From a virus, in UHGV virus genome UHGV-0294315: a stretch of DNA of 19,472 nt. The stretch is one strand, 5' to 3'. Every line of letters begins with the position of its first letter. The stretch's first letter is position 1. Below are positions 7,104 through 14,617 of the stretch, piece after piece. The notes under the pieces are model-generated. The model saw nothing but the letters and a program-made list of their open reading frames with translations. It had not been told where the DNA came from and did no database searches. The translations under genes and the position numbers were made by a program.

Positions 7104-7143
7104 TCATCGACACACAAGGATGTGTACCTTCCCGGAGGTCAAC

Positions 7144-7449
7144 ATGACAGTAGTCATTACATATCTGGCTGACGATAACGCCAGAAATCGCCGCAGAGCA
7201 CGCAGACAGGCTCAACGTGAACAGGCAATGCAAGAGCAGCGACTGGCGCGAAAAATTGCGCTAAAGCTCTCTGGTTGCGTCAGGGCAGATAAAGCAGCAT
7301 CACTCGGAAGCCTTCGCTGCAAGAAGGCAGAAGAAGTCGATCGTAAACAGAATCGTATTTACTACCGCAAGCCACGCAGTGAAATGGGTGTGACATGCTC
7401 AGGCCGCCAGAAGCAACGCGGAAAATCAATTCCAGCTTATTACGATTGA
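7144..7449 (+). CDS. N: N-like transcription antiterminator (arginine-rich motif; P22 gene 24-like)
   Basis: RBS GGAGGT then ATG; MTVVITYLADDNARNRRRARRQAQREQ carries an arginine-rich motif near the N-terminus and resembles the P22 gp24 start (MTVITY...). First gene after OL/nutL. Confidence 0.7.
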   Translation: MTVVITYLADDNARNRRRARRQAQREQAMQEQRLARKIALKLSGCVRADKAASLGSLRCKKAEEVDRKQNRIYYRKPRSEMGVTCSGRQKQRGKSIPAYYD

Positions 7450-7457
7450 GGTGAGAT

Positions 7458-7709
7458 ATGGAATTTCATGAAAGTGCGATTTATGATTTTCGCGCTAACG
7501 CAAATTCAGTAAAACCACAGCCAATTGCAGTTCTTTTTAAAACAATGGGTGCGTGGGCTGTTTTATGCTTCGCCGCTGATGACACTGACGCAAGAATGGC
7601 AATAGGCCAAGAGATGGAGATGGACCCGACAAACGATGAATTCATAATTTATGGCGCTCCATCTAATTACTTACTTGATACCTGCAACATTTACAAAAAG
7701 GCTGCCTGA
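7458..7709 (+). CDS. Hypothetical protein (83 aa)
   Basis: RBS GAGGTGA upstream of ATG, 8 nt after the N stop. No family recognised. Confidence 0.55.
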   Translation: MEFHESAIYDFRANANSVKPQPIAVLFKTMGAWAVLCFAADDTDARMAIGQEMEMDPTNDEFIIYGAPSNYLLDTCNIYKKAA

Positions 7710-7729
7710 TGGTGGCCTTTATTTTTAGC
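7700..7729 (+). terminator. Terminator-like hairpin with T-tract after the 83-aa gene
   Basis: AGGCTGCC-TGAT-GGTGGCCT stem-loop (with G-U pairs) followed by TTATTTTT. Same loop and architecture as the stronger terminator at 14552. Confidence 0.45.
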
Positions 7730-7748
7730 ATAAACAACAGAGGTGAAT

Positions 7749-7883
7749 ATGAACGCAGTTGAATTTACAAAATGGATGGCAGAGCAAGATATCACAGGAG
7801 CCGACGAAAAGGCTGTGTACTACATGGCTCTGCTATGGATTCACAAAGCAAAAGAGGCTGCAAATGCTCTTGGAGGTGAGTAA
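7749..7883 (+). CDS. Hypothetical small protein (44 aa)
   Basis: RBS AGAGGTGA upstream; MNAVEFTKWMAEQDITGADEKAVYYMALLWIHKAKEAANALGGE; stop overlaps the next start (TAATG). Below the ORF-track cutoff. Confidence 0.35.
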   Translation: MNAVEFTKWMAEQDITGADEKAVYYMALLWIHKAKEAANALGGE

Positions 7884-8071
7884 TGAAAGTAAAAATAACT
7901 GCTTCTAATACCAGTTTTGTTAGTGTTGGTGATATTACAGAAGTAATAACAAACCATGATGGAACACAAGTTATGTGGTCTGATTTTTGTAAAAGATATG
8001 AGCGAGTTAGTTGGTGTAAAAACACATGGGGAGTCGAATACGAAGAAATACCTGAAATGCATGACGAATAA
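7883..8071 (+). CDS. Hypothetical protein (62 aa), AT-rich accessory gene
   Basis: ORF MKVKITASNTSFVSVGDITEVITNHDGTQVMWSDFCKRYERVSWCKNTWGVEYEEIPEMHDE. Visibly AT-rich compared with its neighbours, followed by two hairpins. Confidence 0.45.
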   Translation: MKVKITASNTSFVSVGDITEVITNHDGTQVMWSDFCKRYERVSWCKNTWGVEYEEIPEMHDE

Positions 8072-8166
8072 GCACTGTGTATTCATTCCAACGAGTGAAT
8101 ACACGGAGCAATGTCGCTCGTAACTAAACAGGAGCAGACTTGTTCTGATTATTGGAAATCTTCTTT

Positions 8167-8194
8167 GCCCTCCAGTGTGAGGGCAGTTTTTTTT
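8167..8194 (+). terminator. Intrinsic terminator upstream of the coiled-coil gene
   Basis: GCCCTC-CAGTGT-GAGGGC hairpin followed by AGTTTTTTTT. Confidence 0.55.
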
Positions 8195-8206
8195 GACGGA
8201 GGATAT

Positions 8207-9175
8207 ATGAGTGAAGTAACAGATTTAGTTGTTATTGAAAAAGCAAATGCAATGACTGTATTTCAGTCTGCCGACCAGATTGAAGAAATTCTCCAAAAGG
8301 TTGAACGTGAAGTTATGTCCTTTGTGCCTGATATCACAACGGCAAAGGGCAGAAAGGAGATCGCTTCTCTGGCGTATAAAGTTGCGCAGACGAAAACATA
8401 TCTCGATGGTCTTGGCAAAGACCTTGTTGCTGAACTGAAGGAAATTCCAAAGCTAATTGATGCCAACCGCAAGACAGTGCGTGATCGCCTTGATGAGCTG
8501 AAAGCCAAGGCACGCCAGCCTCTTACTGATTATGAGGAAGAACAGGCGCGGATTAAAGCCGAAGAAGAAGCTAAGGCAGCAGCTGAAGCTCTCGCAAAGC
8601 AAATTGAGTCTGACCATGAAATAGCGATTTTGATGGATCGCGAATTTGACCGCCAAAGAGAAGAGGCAAGACTCAAAGCGGAGCAGGAAAAGCGAGAGCA
8701 TGAAGAACGCTTAAAAAGAGAAGCTGAAGAGAAAGCCAGAGCTGAAGCCGAAGCAAAGGCAAAAGCCGAAATTGAAGCAGCAGCAAGACGAGAAGCAGAG
8801 GCTAAGGCCGCAGCGGAACGTGCAGAGCGTGAACGCATTGAAGCCGAGCAACGAGCACAGCGCGAAGCAAAAGAGGCAGCAGAACGAGCTGAAAGAGAAA
8901 AGCAGGCAGCAATTGAAGCAGAACGCAGAAAAGCACAGGAGGAGGCTGAACGAATCCGGCGCGAGGCTGAAGCAAAAGAGCAAGCCAGAATAGCAGAAGA
9001 AAAAAGAATCAAGGAAGAAGAAGAGCGTAGAGCAAAGGATAAAGCTCACCGGAAAGAAGTAAATAACAAAATACTTGCTGACCTTATCAAGGTTGGCGCA
9101 TCAGAAGATGTTGCTAAAAATATCATAACAGCCATCGTAAAAGGCGAAGTATTCGCAACAAAAATAACCTACTAA
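8207..9175 (+). CDS. Coiled-coil protein with a TolA-like Glu/Ala/Lys/Arg-rich central repeat region (322 aa)
   Basis: Start at the internal ATG 8207 (RBS GGAGGA); the track's 5' extension would include the terminator. Middle section is a long EAKAKAE / ERAERE-type low-complexity helix flanked by unique N- and C-terminal segments. Confidence 0.6.
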   Translation: MSEVTDLVVIEKANAMTVFQSADQIEEILQKVEREVMSFVPDITTAKGRKEIASLAYKVAQTKTYLDGLGKDLVAELKEIPKLIDANRKTVRDRLDELKAKARQPLTDYEEEQARIKAEEEAKAAAEALAKQIESDHEIAILMDREFDRQREEARLKAEQEKREHEERLKREAEEKARAEAEAKAKAEIEAAARREAEAKAAAERAERERIEAEQRAQREAKEAAERAEREKQAAIEAERRKAQEEAERIRREAEAKEQARIAEEKRIKEEEERRAKDKAHRKEVNNKILADLIKVGASEDVAKNIITAIVKGEVFATKITY

Positions 9176-9199
9176 TAAAACCAACATAAGGAACCACCC

Positions 9200-9331
9200 A
9201 TGATTTACGCAATCGCGGGAGGCGCTCGCATGGGTGCCTTCCAACTAAATGAATCTTTACTTGAACGAATCACCCGTAAATTACGTGACGGATGGAAAAG
9301 AGTTGAGGTCTTATTATGCGCAATGAAATAG
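9200..9331 (+). CDS. cIII: CIII (FtsH inhibitor, stabiliser of CII)
   Basis: Manual translation MIYAIAGGARMGAFQLNESLLERITRKLRDGWKRVEVLLCAMK; the core ESLLERITRKLRDGWKR is identical to lambda CIII as remembered. Confidence 0.8.
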   Translation: MIYAIAGGARMGAFQLNESLLERITRKLRDGWKRVEVLLCAMK

Positions 9332-9468
9332 CCATTAATCACCAGATGCTTCGTGCGGCACAAAACAAAGCAGTAATAGCCAGATTTATTGGTGATTCAA
9401 AAATGTGGCTTGAAGCAAATAAAGCGATGAAATCAGCGATCAACATTCCGTGGTATCGCAGGAAATGA
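9316..9468 (+). CDS. kil: Kil-like protein (host cell-division inhibitor), overlapping the cIII 3' end
   Basis: MRNEIAINHQMLRAAQNKAVIARFIGDSKMWLEANKAMKSAINIPWYRRK; overlap with cIII and position match the lambda cIII-kil arrangement. Sequence similarity to lambda Kil is from uncertain memory. Confidence 0.5.
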   Translation: MRNEIAINHQMLRAAQNKAVIARFIGDSKMWLEANKAMKSAINIPWYRRK

Positions 9469-9542
9469 GTTTTACAGATAACTGGTCAGACGAAGAATTC
9501 ATTCGTCAGATGAAAGAATTAATCGGCAACGAAGGAGATATT

Positions 9543-9713
9543 CATGTCACTTGCAACCACAGTGAAGGAGAGCAAGTTACAGAGACGCATGTACACGCAG
9601 CAGGCGTTAATGTATCGCCAGAAGGGAGATCGTGAAGGTGTTCGCGTATTTTTAAATGCGGCAAAGACTGAAGTATTAAATCAGCGTTATTTCCTTTGGC
9701 CGTGTCCATTCTG
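9543..9713 (+). CDS. Hypothetical small protein (56 aa); alternative overlapping frame 9465..9635
   Basis: ATG preceded by GGAGAT; MSLATTVKESKLQRRMYTQQALMYRQKGDREGVRVFLNAAKTEVLNQRYFLWPCPF. The other frame has a weaker RBS. Only one of the two is likely real. Confidence 0.35.
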
Positions 9714-9722
9714 AGGTGAATT

Positions 9723-10430
9723 ATGGATTTGAATAAATTCGATGAGCCATTCAGCCCTGAAGATATCGAATGGCGAATACAGCAAAGCGGTAAAACACGC
9801 GATGGCAAAGTGTGGGCTATGGTGCTGGCTTATGTCACGAACCGGGCAATCATGAAACGCCTGGACGATGTTTGCGGCAAAGCAGGATGGCGCAATGAAT
9901 ACCGCGATATTCCCAACAACGGCGGCGTTGAATGCGGCATATCAATCAAGATTGATTCCGAATGGGTAACCAAATGGGATGCTGCTGAAAACACGCAGGT
10001 AGAAGCCGTCAAAGGCGGTCGTTCCGGTGCAATGAAGCGCGCTGCCGTTCAGTGGGGAATCGGTCGGTATCTGTATAACCTTGAGGAAGGTTTTGCACAA
10101 ACATCTCTCGATAAAAAGCAGGGATGGCACAGGGCAAAACTCAAGGATGGAACAGGATTTTACTGGCTCCCTCCATCGCTGCCGGGATGGGCAATCCCAG
10201 CATCAGATAACAAACCATCACCAGAAAATACCAACCAGAAATCTCCATCGGTTGACTGCGAACAAATCCTGAAAGACTTCAGCGATTATGCGTCAACAGA
10301 AACTGACAAGAAAAAACTCATCGAGCGTTATCAGCGTGACTGGCAATTAATGGCTGGCAACGAGGAGGCGCAGGCTAAATGCGTTCAGGTAATGAACATC
10401 AGAGTTAACGAACTAAAACAGGCGGCATAA
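9723..10430 (+). CDS. Single-strand annealing protein, Rad52/Rad22-like family
   Basis: 235-aa ORF in the bet/erf position, directly upstream of ssb. AYVTNRAIMKRLDDVCGKAGWRNEY and GAMKRAAVQWGIGRYLY resemble the Rad52-type annealing fold. Family assignment is from memory. Confidence 0.6.
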   Translation: MDLNKFDEPFSPEDIEWRIQQSGKTRDGKVWAMVLAYVTNRAIMKRLDDVCGKAGWRNEYRDIPNNGGVECGISIKIDSEWVTKWDAAENTQVEAVKGGRSGAMKRAAVQWGIGRYLYNLEEGFAQTSLDKKQGWHRAKLKDGTGFYWLPPSLPGWAIPASDNKPSPENTNQKSPSVDCEQILKDFSDYASTETDKKKLIERYQRDWQLMAGNEEAQAKCVQVMNIRVNELKQAA

Positions 10431-10946
10431 ATGGCAAGCAGAGGCGTAAATAAGGTGATCATTATTGGTCGCCTTGGGCATGATCCAGAAATCAGATATT
10501 CACCATCAGGAACGGCATTTGCAAACCTTACCGTTGCTACGTCAGAACAATGGCGTGATAAGAAAACTGGAGAGCAAAAGGAGCAGACGGAGTGGCACCG
10601 CGTGGTAATGAGCGGGAAACTGGCAGAAATTGCCAGCGAATATCTGCGAAAAGGCTCTGAGGTTTATCTTGAAGGCAAATTGCGGACAAGAAAATGGCAG
10701 GATCAAAGCGGACAGGATCGGTTCACTACCGAAGTCATCGTGGGCGTTGGTGGAACCATGCAAATGCTTGGTGGCAAGCAAGGAGGCAATGAACAGTCTT
10801 CACCTCAGCGAAATAACGGTCAGCAACAAAGACAGCAATCTCAGCAGCAGGGGAATCACAGCGAACCACCTATGGATTTTGACGACGATATACCCTTTGC
10901 ACCAGTAACTCTCCCCTTCCCTCGTCACGCTATTCACGCAATTTAA
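10431..10946 (+). CDS. ssb: Single-stranded DNA-binding protein SSB with a 15-residue C-terminal extension
   Basis: [23 protein letters not shown]...[50 protein letters not shown]...MDFDDDIPF is near-identical to E. coli SSB, but the ORF continues [15 protein letters not shown] before the stop. Confidence 0.9.
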   Translation: MASRGVNKVIIIGRLGHDPEIRYSPSGTAFANLTVATSEQWRDKKTGEQKEQTEWHRVVMSGKLAEIASEYLRKGSEVYLEGKLRTRKWQDQSGQDRFTTEVIVGVGGTMQMLGGKQGGNEQSSPQRNNGQQQRQQSQQQGNHSEPPMDFDDDIPFAPVTLPFPRHAIHAI

Positions 10947-10959
10947 TCAGGAGAAAATC

Positions 10960-11256
10960 ATGCCAGCGCCTCTGTATGGTGCGGACGACGCGCGCCGCTG
11001 TTCCGGCAATTCCGTATCGGAGGTGCTGGATAAATTCAGACAAAACTACGACCTGATAATGTCGCTACCGCAGGAAACGAAAGAGGAAAAGGAATTTCGC
11101 CACTGTATATGGCTTGCAGAGAAAGAAGAACGAGAGCGAATTTACCAGACATCAATCCGACCATTCCGAAAAGCCACATATACCCACTTCCCTGAATATA
11201 TCGACCCGCGCCTGCGTAATTACCGCTCACGCTATGGCGCTATCAGTAATGACTGA
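10960..11256 (+). CDS. Hypothetical protein (98 aa)
   Basis: RBS AGGAGA upstream of ATG; intact ORF in the early-left operon. Confidence 0.5.
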   Translation: MPAPLYGADDARRCSGNSVSEVLDKFRQNYDLIMSLPQETKEEKEFRHCIWLAEKEERERIYQTSIRPFRKATYTHFPEYIDPRLRNYRSRYGAISND

Positions 11257-11266
11257 GGAATTAACA

Positions 11267-11557
11267 ATGAAAACAATGAAGCTAAACATCGACCTCGGAA
11301 AATACGTTATTACCGGAACCAAACACGATCTGATTCTTAGCGAAAGAGGAATTATCAAAGAAGGCGAGAATGCAGGGAAAGAAACACTAAGCCGTATCGG
11401 TTATTACAGCAAGTTTGAGCATCTGGTTAAAGAATTATGCAACCGTGAAATCCTGTTATCTCAGGCGCAGACGCTACAGGATATTCAGCAACATATCGAG
11501 ACTTTAGGTGTGTCACTTAGCATGGCTATTGACCAGGTCGTGGAGAGTAAATCATGA
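11267..11557 (+). CDS. Hypothetical protein (96 aa)
   Basis: Start at the internal ATG 11267 (RBS GAGGAA); the track's extension to 11114 would overlap the previous gene. Confidence 0.5.
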   Translation: MKTMKLNIDLGKYVITGTKHDLILSERGIIKEGENAGKETLSRIGYYSKFEHLVKELCNREILLSQAQTLQDIQQHIETLGVSLSMAIDQVVESKS

Positions 11558-11718
11558 GAGGACTTGCATACAATCCCGGCATTCTTCCGGCAGAAATGAT
11601 TATTCGCCAACGCGTAAAGCCAATGCCATCGAGAGAGGAATTGCTTAAGAGAAATAGTTTCGGTTCTGTTAATGACAACAAATATCTGAATGCGATGTGG
11701 CGGAGTGGGAAGAAATGA
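11554..11718 (+). CDS. Hypothetical small protein (54 aa)
   Basis: Translationally coupled (ATGA overlaps at both ends); [54 protein letters not shown]. Confidence 0.35.
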   Translation: MRGLAYNPGILPAEMIIRQRVKPMPSREELLKRNSFGSVNDNKYLNAMWRSGKK

Positions 11719-12110
11719 AACAAATGTCACTAATTGAGATGGATGGATTTCTGAAAGGTAAATGCATCCCACGAGATTTAAAGGTTAACGAAACAAACGC
11801 TGAATATCTGGTGCGTAAATTTGCTGAAGCGGAGGCCAAGTGCGCGGCGCTGGCAGCGGAGAATGCAAAGCTGAAGAAGTTCTGCAAAGACGCTGCATTC
11901 GATGCCGATTACGAAGCAGAGCTAGGTATGGAGAGAGGTGGATTCAGTGATGCGCTTAACGAAATCAAAACCCCAGCCACCGATGCTTTCCTAGCTGAAG
12001 TACGGGCGCAGGGGGTAGAGATGTTTGCTGACAATCTGTTGTGTCCAGACCTTGATGGCACTATCCGTGACTTTGCTGCCCAGCTTCGCAAAGGAGGAGG
12101 GCAAAAATGA
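11715..12110 (+). CDS. Hypothetical protein (131 aa)
   Basis: Start at ATG 11715 overlapping the upstream stop; contains a predicted coiled-coil segment [20 protein letters not shown]. Confidence 0.5.
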   Translation: MKQMSLIEMDGFLKGKCIPRDLKVNETNAEYLVRKFAEAEAKCAALAAENAKLKKFCKDAAFDADYEAELGMERGGFSDALNEIKTPATDAFLAEVRAQGVEMFADNLLCPDLDGTIRDFAAQLRKGGGQK

Positions 12111-12424
12111 CAATCACAAAACAACGAGTAGAAGAAATCATATCGCGCATTGAAATGTATGGGCATGGTGCAGGATATACCGCCGAAGAGGTTTATGACC
12201 TTGCTGTACTGGCGCTGAATTTATCAAATATCGCAAACCTGAAGCGATACGAGCTTGATATGGGAGGTTGCGACTCGTGCGGTCAGGATTGTGGCGCTGA
12301 CATGACTGAAGATTCTGATGGCGATTATGTCCTGTTTGATGACGTGGTTAAGTTGTTTGAGTTTGATACAACCACTCAGAAGTTAGAAGGCCAAGCAAAG
12401 GAGGCAACCAGTGAGCAAGATTGA
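12107..12424 (+). CDS. Hypothetical acidic protein (105 aa)
   Basis: ATGA-coupled to the upstream gene; CDSCGQDCG Cys cluster; acidic tail. Confidence 0.5.
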   Translation: MTITKQRVEEIISRIEMYGHGAGYTAEEVYDLAVLALNLSNIANLKRYELDMGGCDSCGQDCGADMTEDSDGDYVLFDDVVKLFEFDTTTQKLEGQAKEATSEQD

Positions 12425-13070
12425 CTATCAGACGCTGCGTGAGATAGCAAAACAGGCAACACAGGGTGAATGGGTCGCATTTATTTCGTCTGGTACTGGT
12501 ACATATGCGGTGCATACACCTGGTGATAAACGATGTGAAGACGTTATCAAATGGACCGGCTTTGATGGACAGAACAACGCAGAGAACAACGCTCGTTATA
12601 TCGCAGCTTTCAACCCTGAAGTAGTGCAGGCACTGCTGGATGAACGGGAAAGAAACCAGCAATACATCAAACGCCGCGACCAGGAGAACGAGGATATTGC
12701 GCTAACGGTAGGGAAACTGCGTGTTGAGCTGGAAGCCGCAGAGAAGCGCAACGCAAAATTACAAAGCGAGAATGCATACATCCGCAACCGGTTCAAAGAA
12801 CTGGACCTGTTAATCGGGAAAAACATTCTGGTCATGCAGGCTGCCATTATCGAATGGCAGGCAACTGGCGACGCTAAGAGCGGACTGGCATGGATTTATA
12901 ACACACTGTTTGGCCCTGGCGAATTACCGGACAAATCTGAGAAAGATGCTCAGGCCTACTTTAATCGCAAATATGCACCGATTGACGAAAAGCTTATGGC
13001 GCTTCACAAGTGGTTTTGGGAACAAAGTGAAGCCGAGCGCTCCGCTGGCATTCGCATCAAAGGAGAGTGA
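12411..13070 (+). CDS. Ead/Ea22-like phage protein (219 aa)
   Basis: GTG start 7 nt after AAGGAGG; N-terminus MSKIDYQTLREIAKQATQGEWV resembles the conserved start of enterobacterial ead/Ea22-like proteins (from memory). Confidence 0.5.
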   Translation: MSKIDYQTLREIAKQATQGEWVAFISSGTGTYAVHTPGDKRCEDVIKWTGFDGQNNAENNARYIAAFNPEVVQALLDERERNQQYIKRRDQENEDIALTVGKLRVELEAAEKRNAKLQSENAYIRNRFKELDLLIGKNILVMQAAIIEWQATGDAKSGLAWIYNTLFGPGELPDKSEKDAQAYFNRKYAPIDEKLMALHKWFWEQSEAERSAGIRIKGE

Positions 13071-13071
13071 A

Positions 13072-13437
13072 ATGGCACTGACGAAAAAACAACGTGCAGA
13101 ATTGCGCATGAAGTTTGGCGGTCGCTGTGCTTATTGCGGCTGTGAACTTGGCGAAAAGTGGCATGCAGACCATGTAAAACCGGTCATTCGTTTTGATGGA
13201 AATATGCTTCACCAGGAACGTGACGATATATCCAACATGGTTCCGGCATGCCACCCATGCAATCTGCACAAGCATTGCAGTAGCCTGGAAGATTATCGGC
13301 GAATTATCAGTGATGGTCGTCGTGAATTCCTTGCATCCGGGAAAGGCAAAGCGCTGGTTCGTATGGGATTGGTTGAAATGAAATCTGACCCGGTTGTGTT
13401 CTGGTTTGAAAAATATCAAGAAGGGGCTACGGTATGA
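13072..13437 (+). CDS. HNH endonuclease (121 aa)
   Basis: Start at the internal ATG (RBS AGGAGA); HNH signature CAYCGCEL...WHADHVKP...NMVPACHPCNLHK. Confidence 0.7.
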   Translation: MALTKKQRAELRMKFGGRCAYCGCELGEKWHADHVKPVIRFDGNMLHQERDDISNMVPACHPCNLHKHCSSLEDYRRIISDGRREFLASGKGKALVRMGLVEMKSDPVVFWFEKYQEGATV

Positions 13438-14210
13438 CCACTATTACCAAAGAGCGACTACTTACAATCAAGCAGTGGCGCGAAACATACGGACCTGGTA
13501 GCAACGTTGTACTGCCAGCAGAAGAAGCGGAAGAACTGGCACGAATTGCACTGGCATCGCTGGAAGCAGATCCAGTTGCTTATATTTTCAAACATCCGGC
13601 CGGGAAATTATTCTGGGCTTTGACGGATGAAAGTAATAAAGATCAATCGGACGTTATTCCTGTTTATGCCACCCCTCCAGTGCCAGTAGTACCTGAAGAA
13701 AAACCAATGCCTAACCCTCTTAAAATGTACGCGGTCGATGCTGTTGCCGCTATTGCAGAGGTGAGAGGCTGGAACGCCTGCCGCGCCGCCATGCTTCAGG
13801 CCGAACCTGTAAGTAATAGTGATGAGTTACCGCTGGACTATCTGCAAGGACACAAAGACGGCCTGGAGTGGGCTGCACAATTGGCAGAAGCCAATCATCC
13901 GCAAACAGGTGACTGGTTGTACGACGACCCAATCGATCTTGCCAGGGCGATTCGCAAAGGTCCTGATATGCCTACTGTTCAGGCTGGCAACTCTCCGGTA
14001 ACTCCGGATGGTTGGATAAGCTGTAGTGATCGAATGCCGGATACCAAAACAGCCGTTCTTGTTGCCGTGGAGTTTGACAGGAAAGGTGACTGGCGAATGA
14101 AATGGGCGACTTACATCCCGGGTCATCCTGACGCTAATGATGGGTGGATAATTCCTGGTGCGTCGTGGAAACCGTCACACTGGATGCGGCTACCAGAGCC
14201 TCCACTTTGA
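13434..14210 (+). CDS. DUF551-type phage protein (258 aa)
   Basis: ATGA-coupled to the HNH gene; C-terminal WISCSDRMPD...W...LPEPP resembles the DUF551 pattern common in enterobacterial prophages (from memory). Confidence 0.55.
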   Translation: MTTITKERLLTIKQWRETYGPGSNVVLPAEEAEELARIALASLEADPVAYIFKHPAGKLFWALTDESNKDQSDVIPVYATPPVPVVPEEKPMPNPLKMYAVDAVAAIAEVRGWNACRAAMLQAEPVSNSDELPLDYLQGHKDGLEWAAQLAEANHPQTGDWLYDDPIDLARAIRKGPDMPTVQAGNSPVTPDGWISCSDRMPDTKTAVLVAVEFDRKGDWRMKWATYIPGHPDANDGWIIPGASWKPSHWMRLPEPPL

Positions 14211-14306
14211 AAGCGAAGCTTATACATATCTTTTACATCAGCAATCTATTGTTAATCTCCAATCAATGTTACGTTGTCATCTCACTCATGCTTTGGAGGT
14301 AGTGAT

Positions 14307-14486
14307 ATGTCTTGTCCAAAATGCGGTTCTGGAAATATTGCAAAAGAAAAAACAATGCGTGGATGGTCTGGAGATTATGTGTGCTGCGATTGCGGATACA
14401 ACGACTCTAAAGACGCATTTGGAGAGCGTGGTAAAAACGAGTTTGTTAAAATTAATAAAGAAAGCGAAGGCAACGAAAAAAGCTAA
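14307..14486 (+). CDS. Small zinc-ribbon protein (59 aa)
   Basis: RBS GGAGGT; MSCPKCGSGNIAKEKTMRGWSGDYVCCDCGYNDSK has two CxxCG pairs. Confidence 0.5.
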   Translation: MSCPKCGSGNIAKEKTMRGWSGDYVCCDCGYNDSKDAFGERGKNEFVKINKESEGNEKS

Positions 14487-14551
14487 TTTATTTATTCATA
14501 TATGAAAACAATGTAACCAATATTCGAATTGAAGAACTGAAAGAACACCAA

Positions 14552-14575
14552 GCCGCCTGATGGCGGTTTTTTATT
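14552..14575 (+). terminator. Intrinsic terminator at the end of the accessory gene block, upstream of xis
   Basis: GCCGCC-TGAT-GGCGG hairpin followed by TTTTTTATT. Confidence 0.7.
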
Positions 14576-14617
14576 GCCTGATTTGCAGGTTCGATTCCCT
14601 ATTCGGAGATAGCACTC

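Noticed and set aside
8111-8206. 5' extension of the coiled-coil ORF (MSLVTKQEQTCSDYWKSSLPSSVRAVFFDGGY)
   Set aside because: The extension would translate through the intrinsic terminator hairpin and T-tract; the internal ATG at 8207 has a strong RBS.
8530-9049. Two long minus-strand ORFs (160 and 112 aa) rich in Ser/Ala/Cys/Phe
   Set aside because: They are antisense to the GAA/GCA/AAG-rich coiled-coil gene; their low-complexity composition is the mirror image of the sense-strand repeat and they have no RBS.
14535-14612. Possible complete tRNA gene around the GGTTCGATTCC motif
   Set aside because: No acceptor, D or anticodon arms can be paired, and an intrinsic terminator occupies the position where the tRNA body would be; retained only as a possible att or tRNA fragment.
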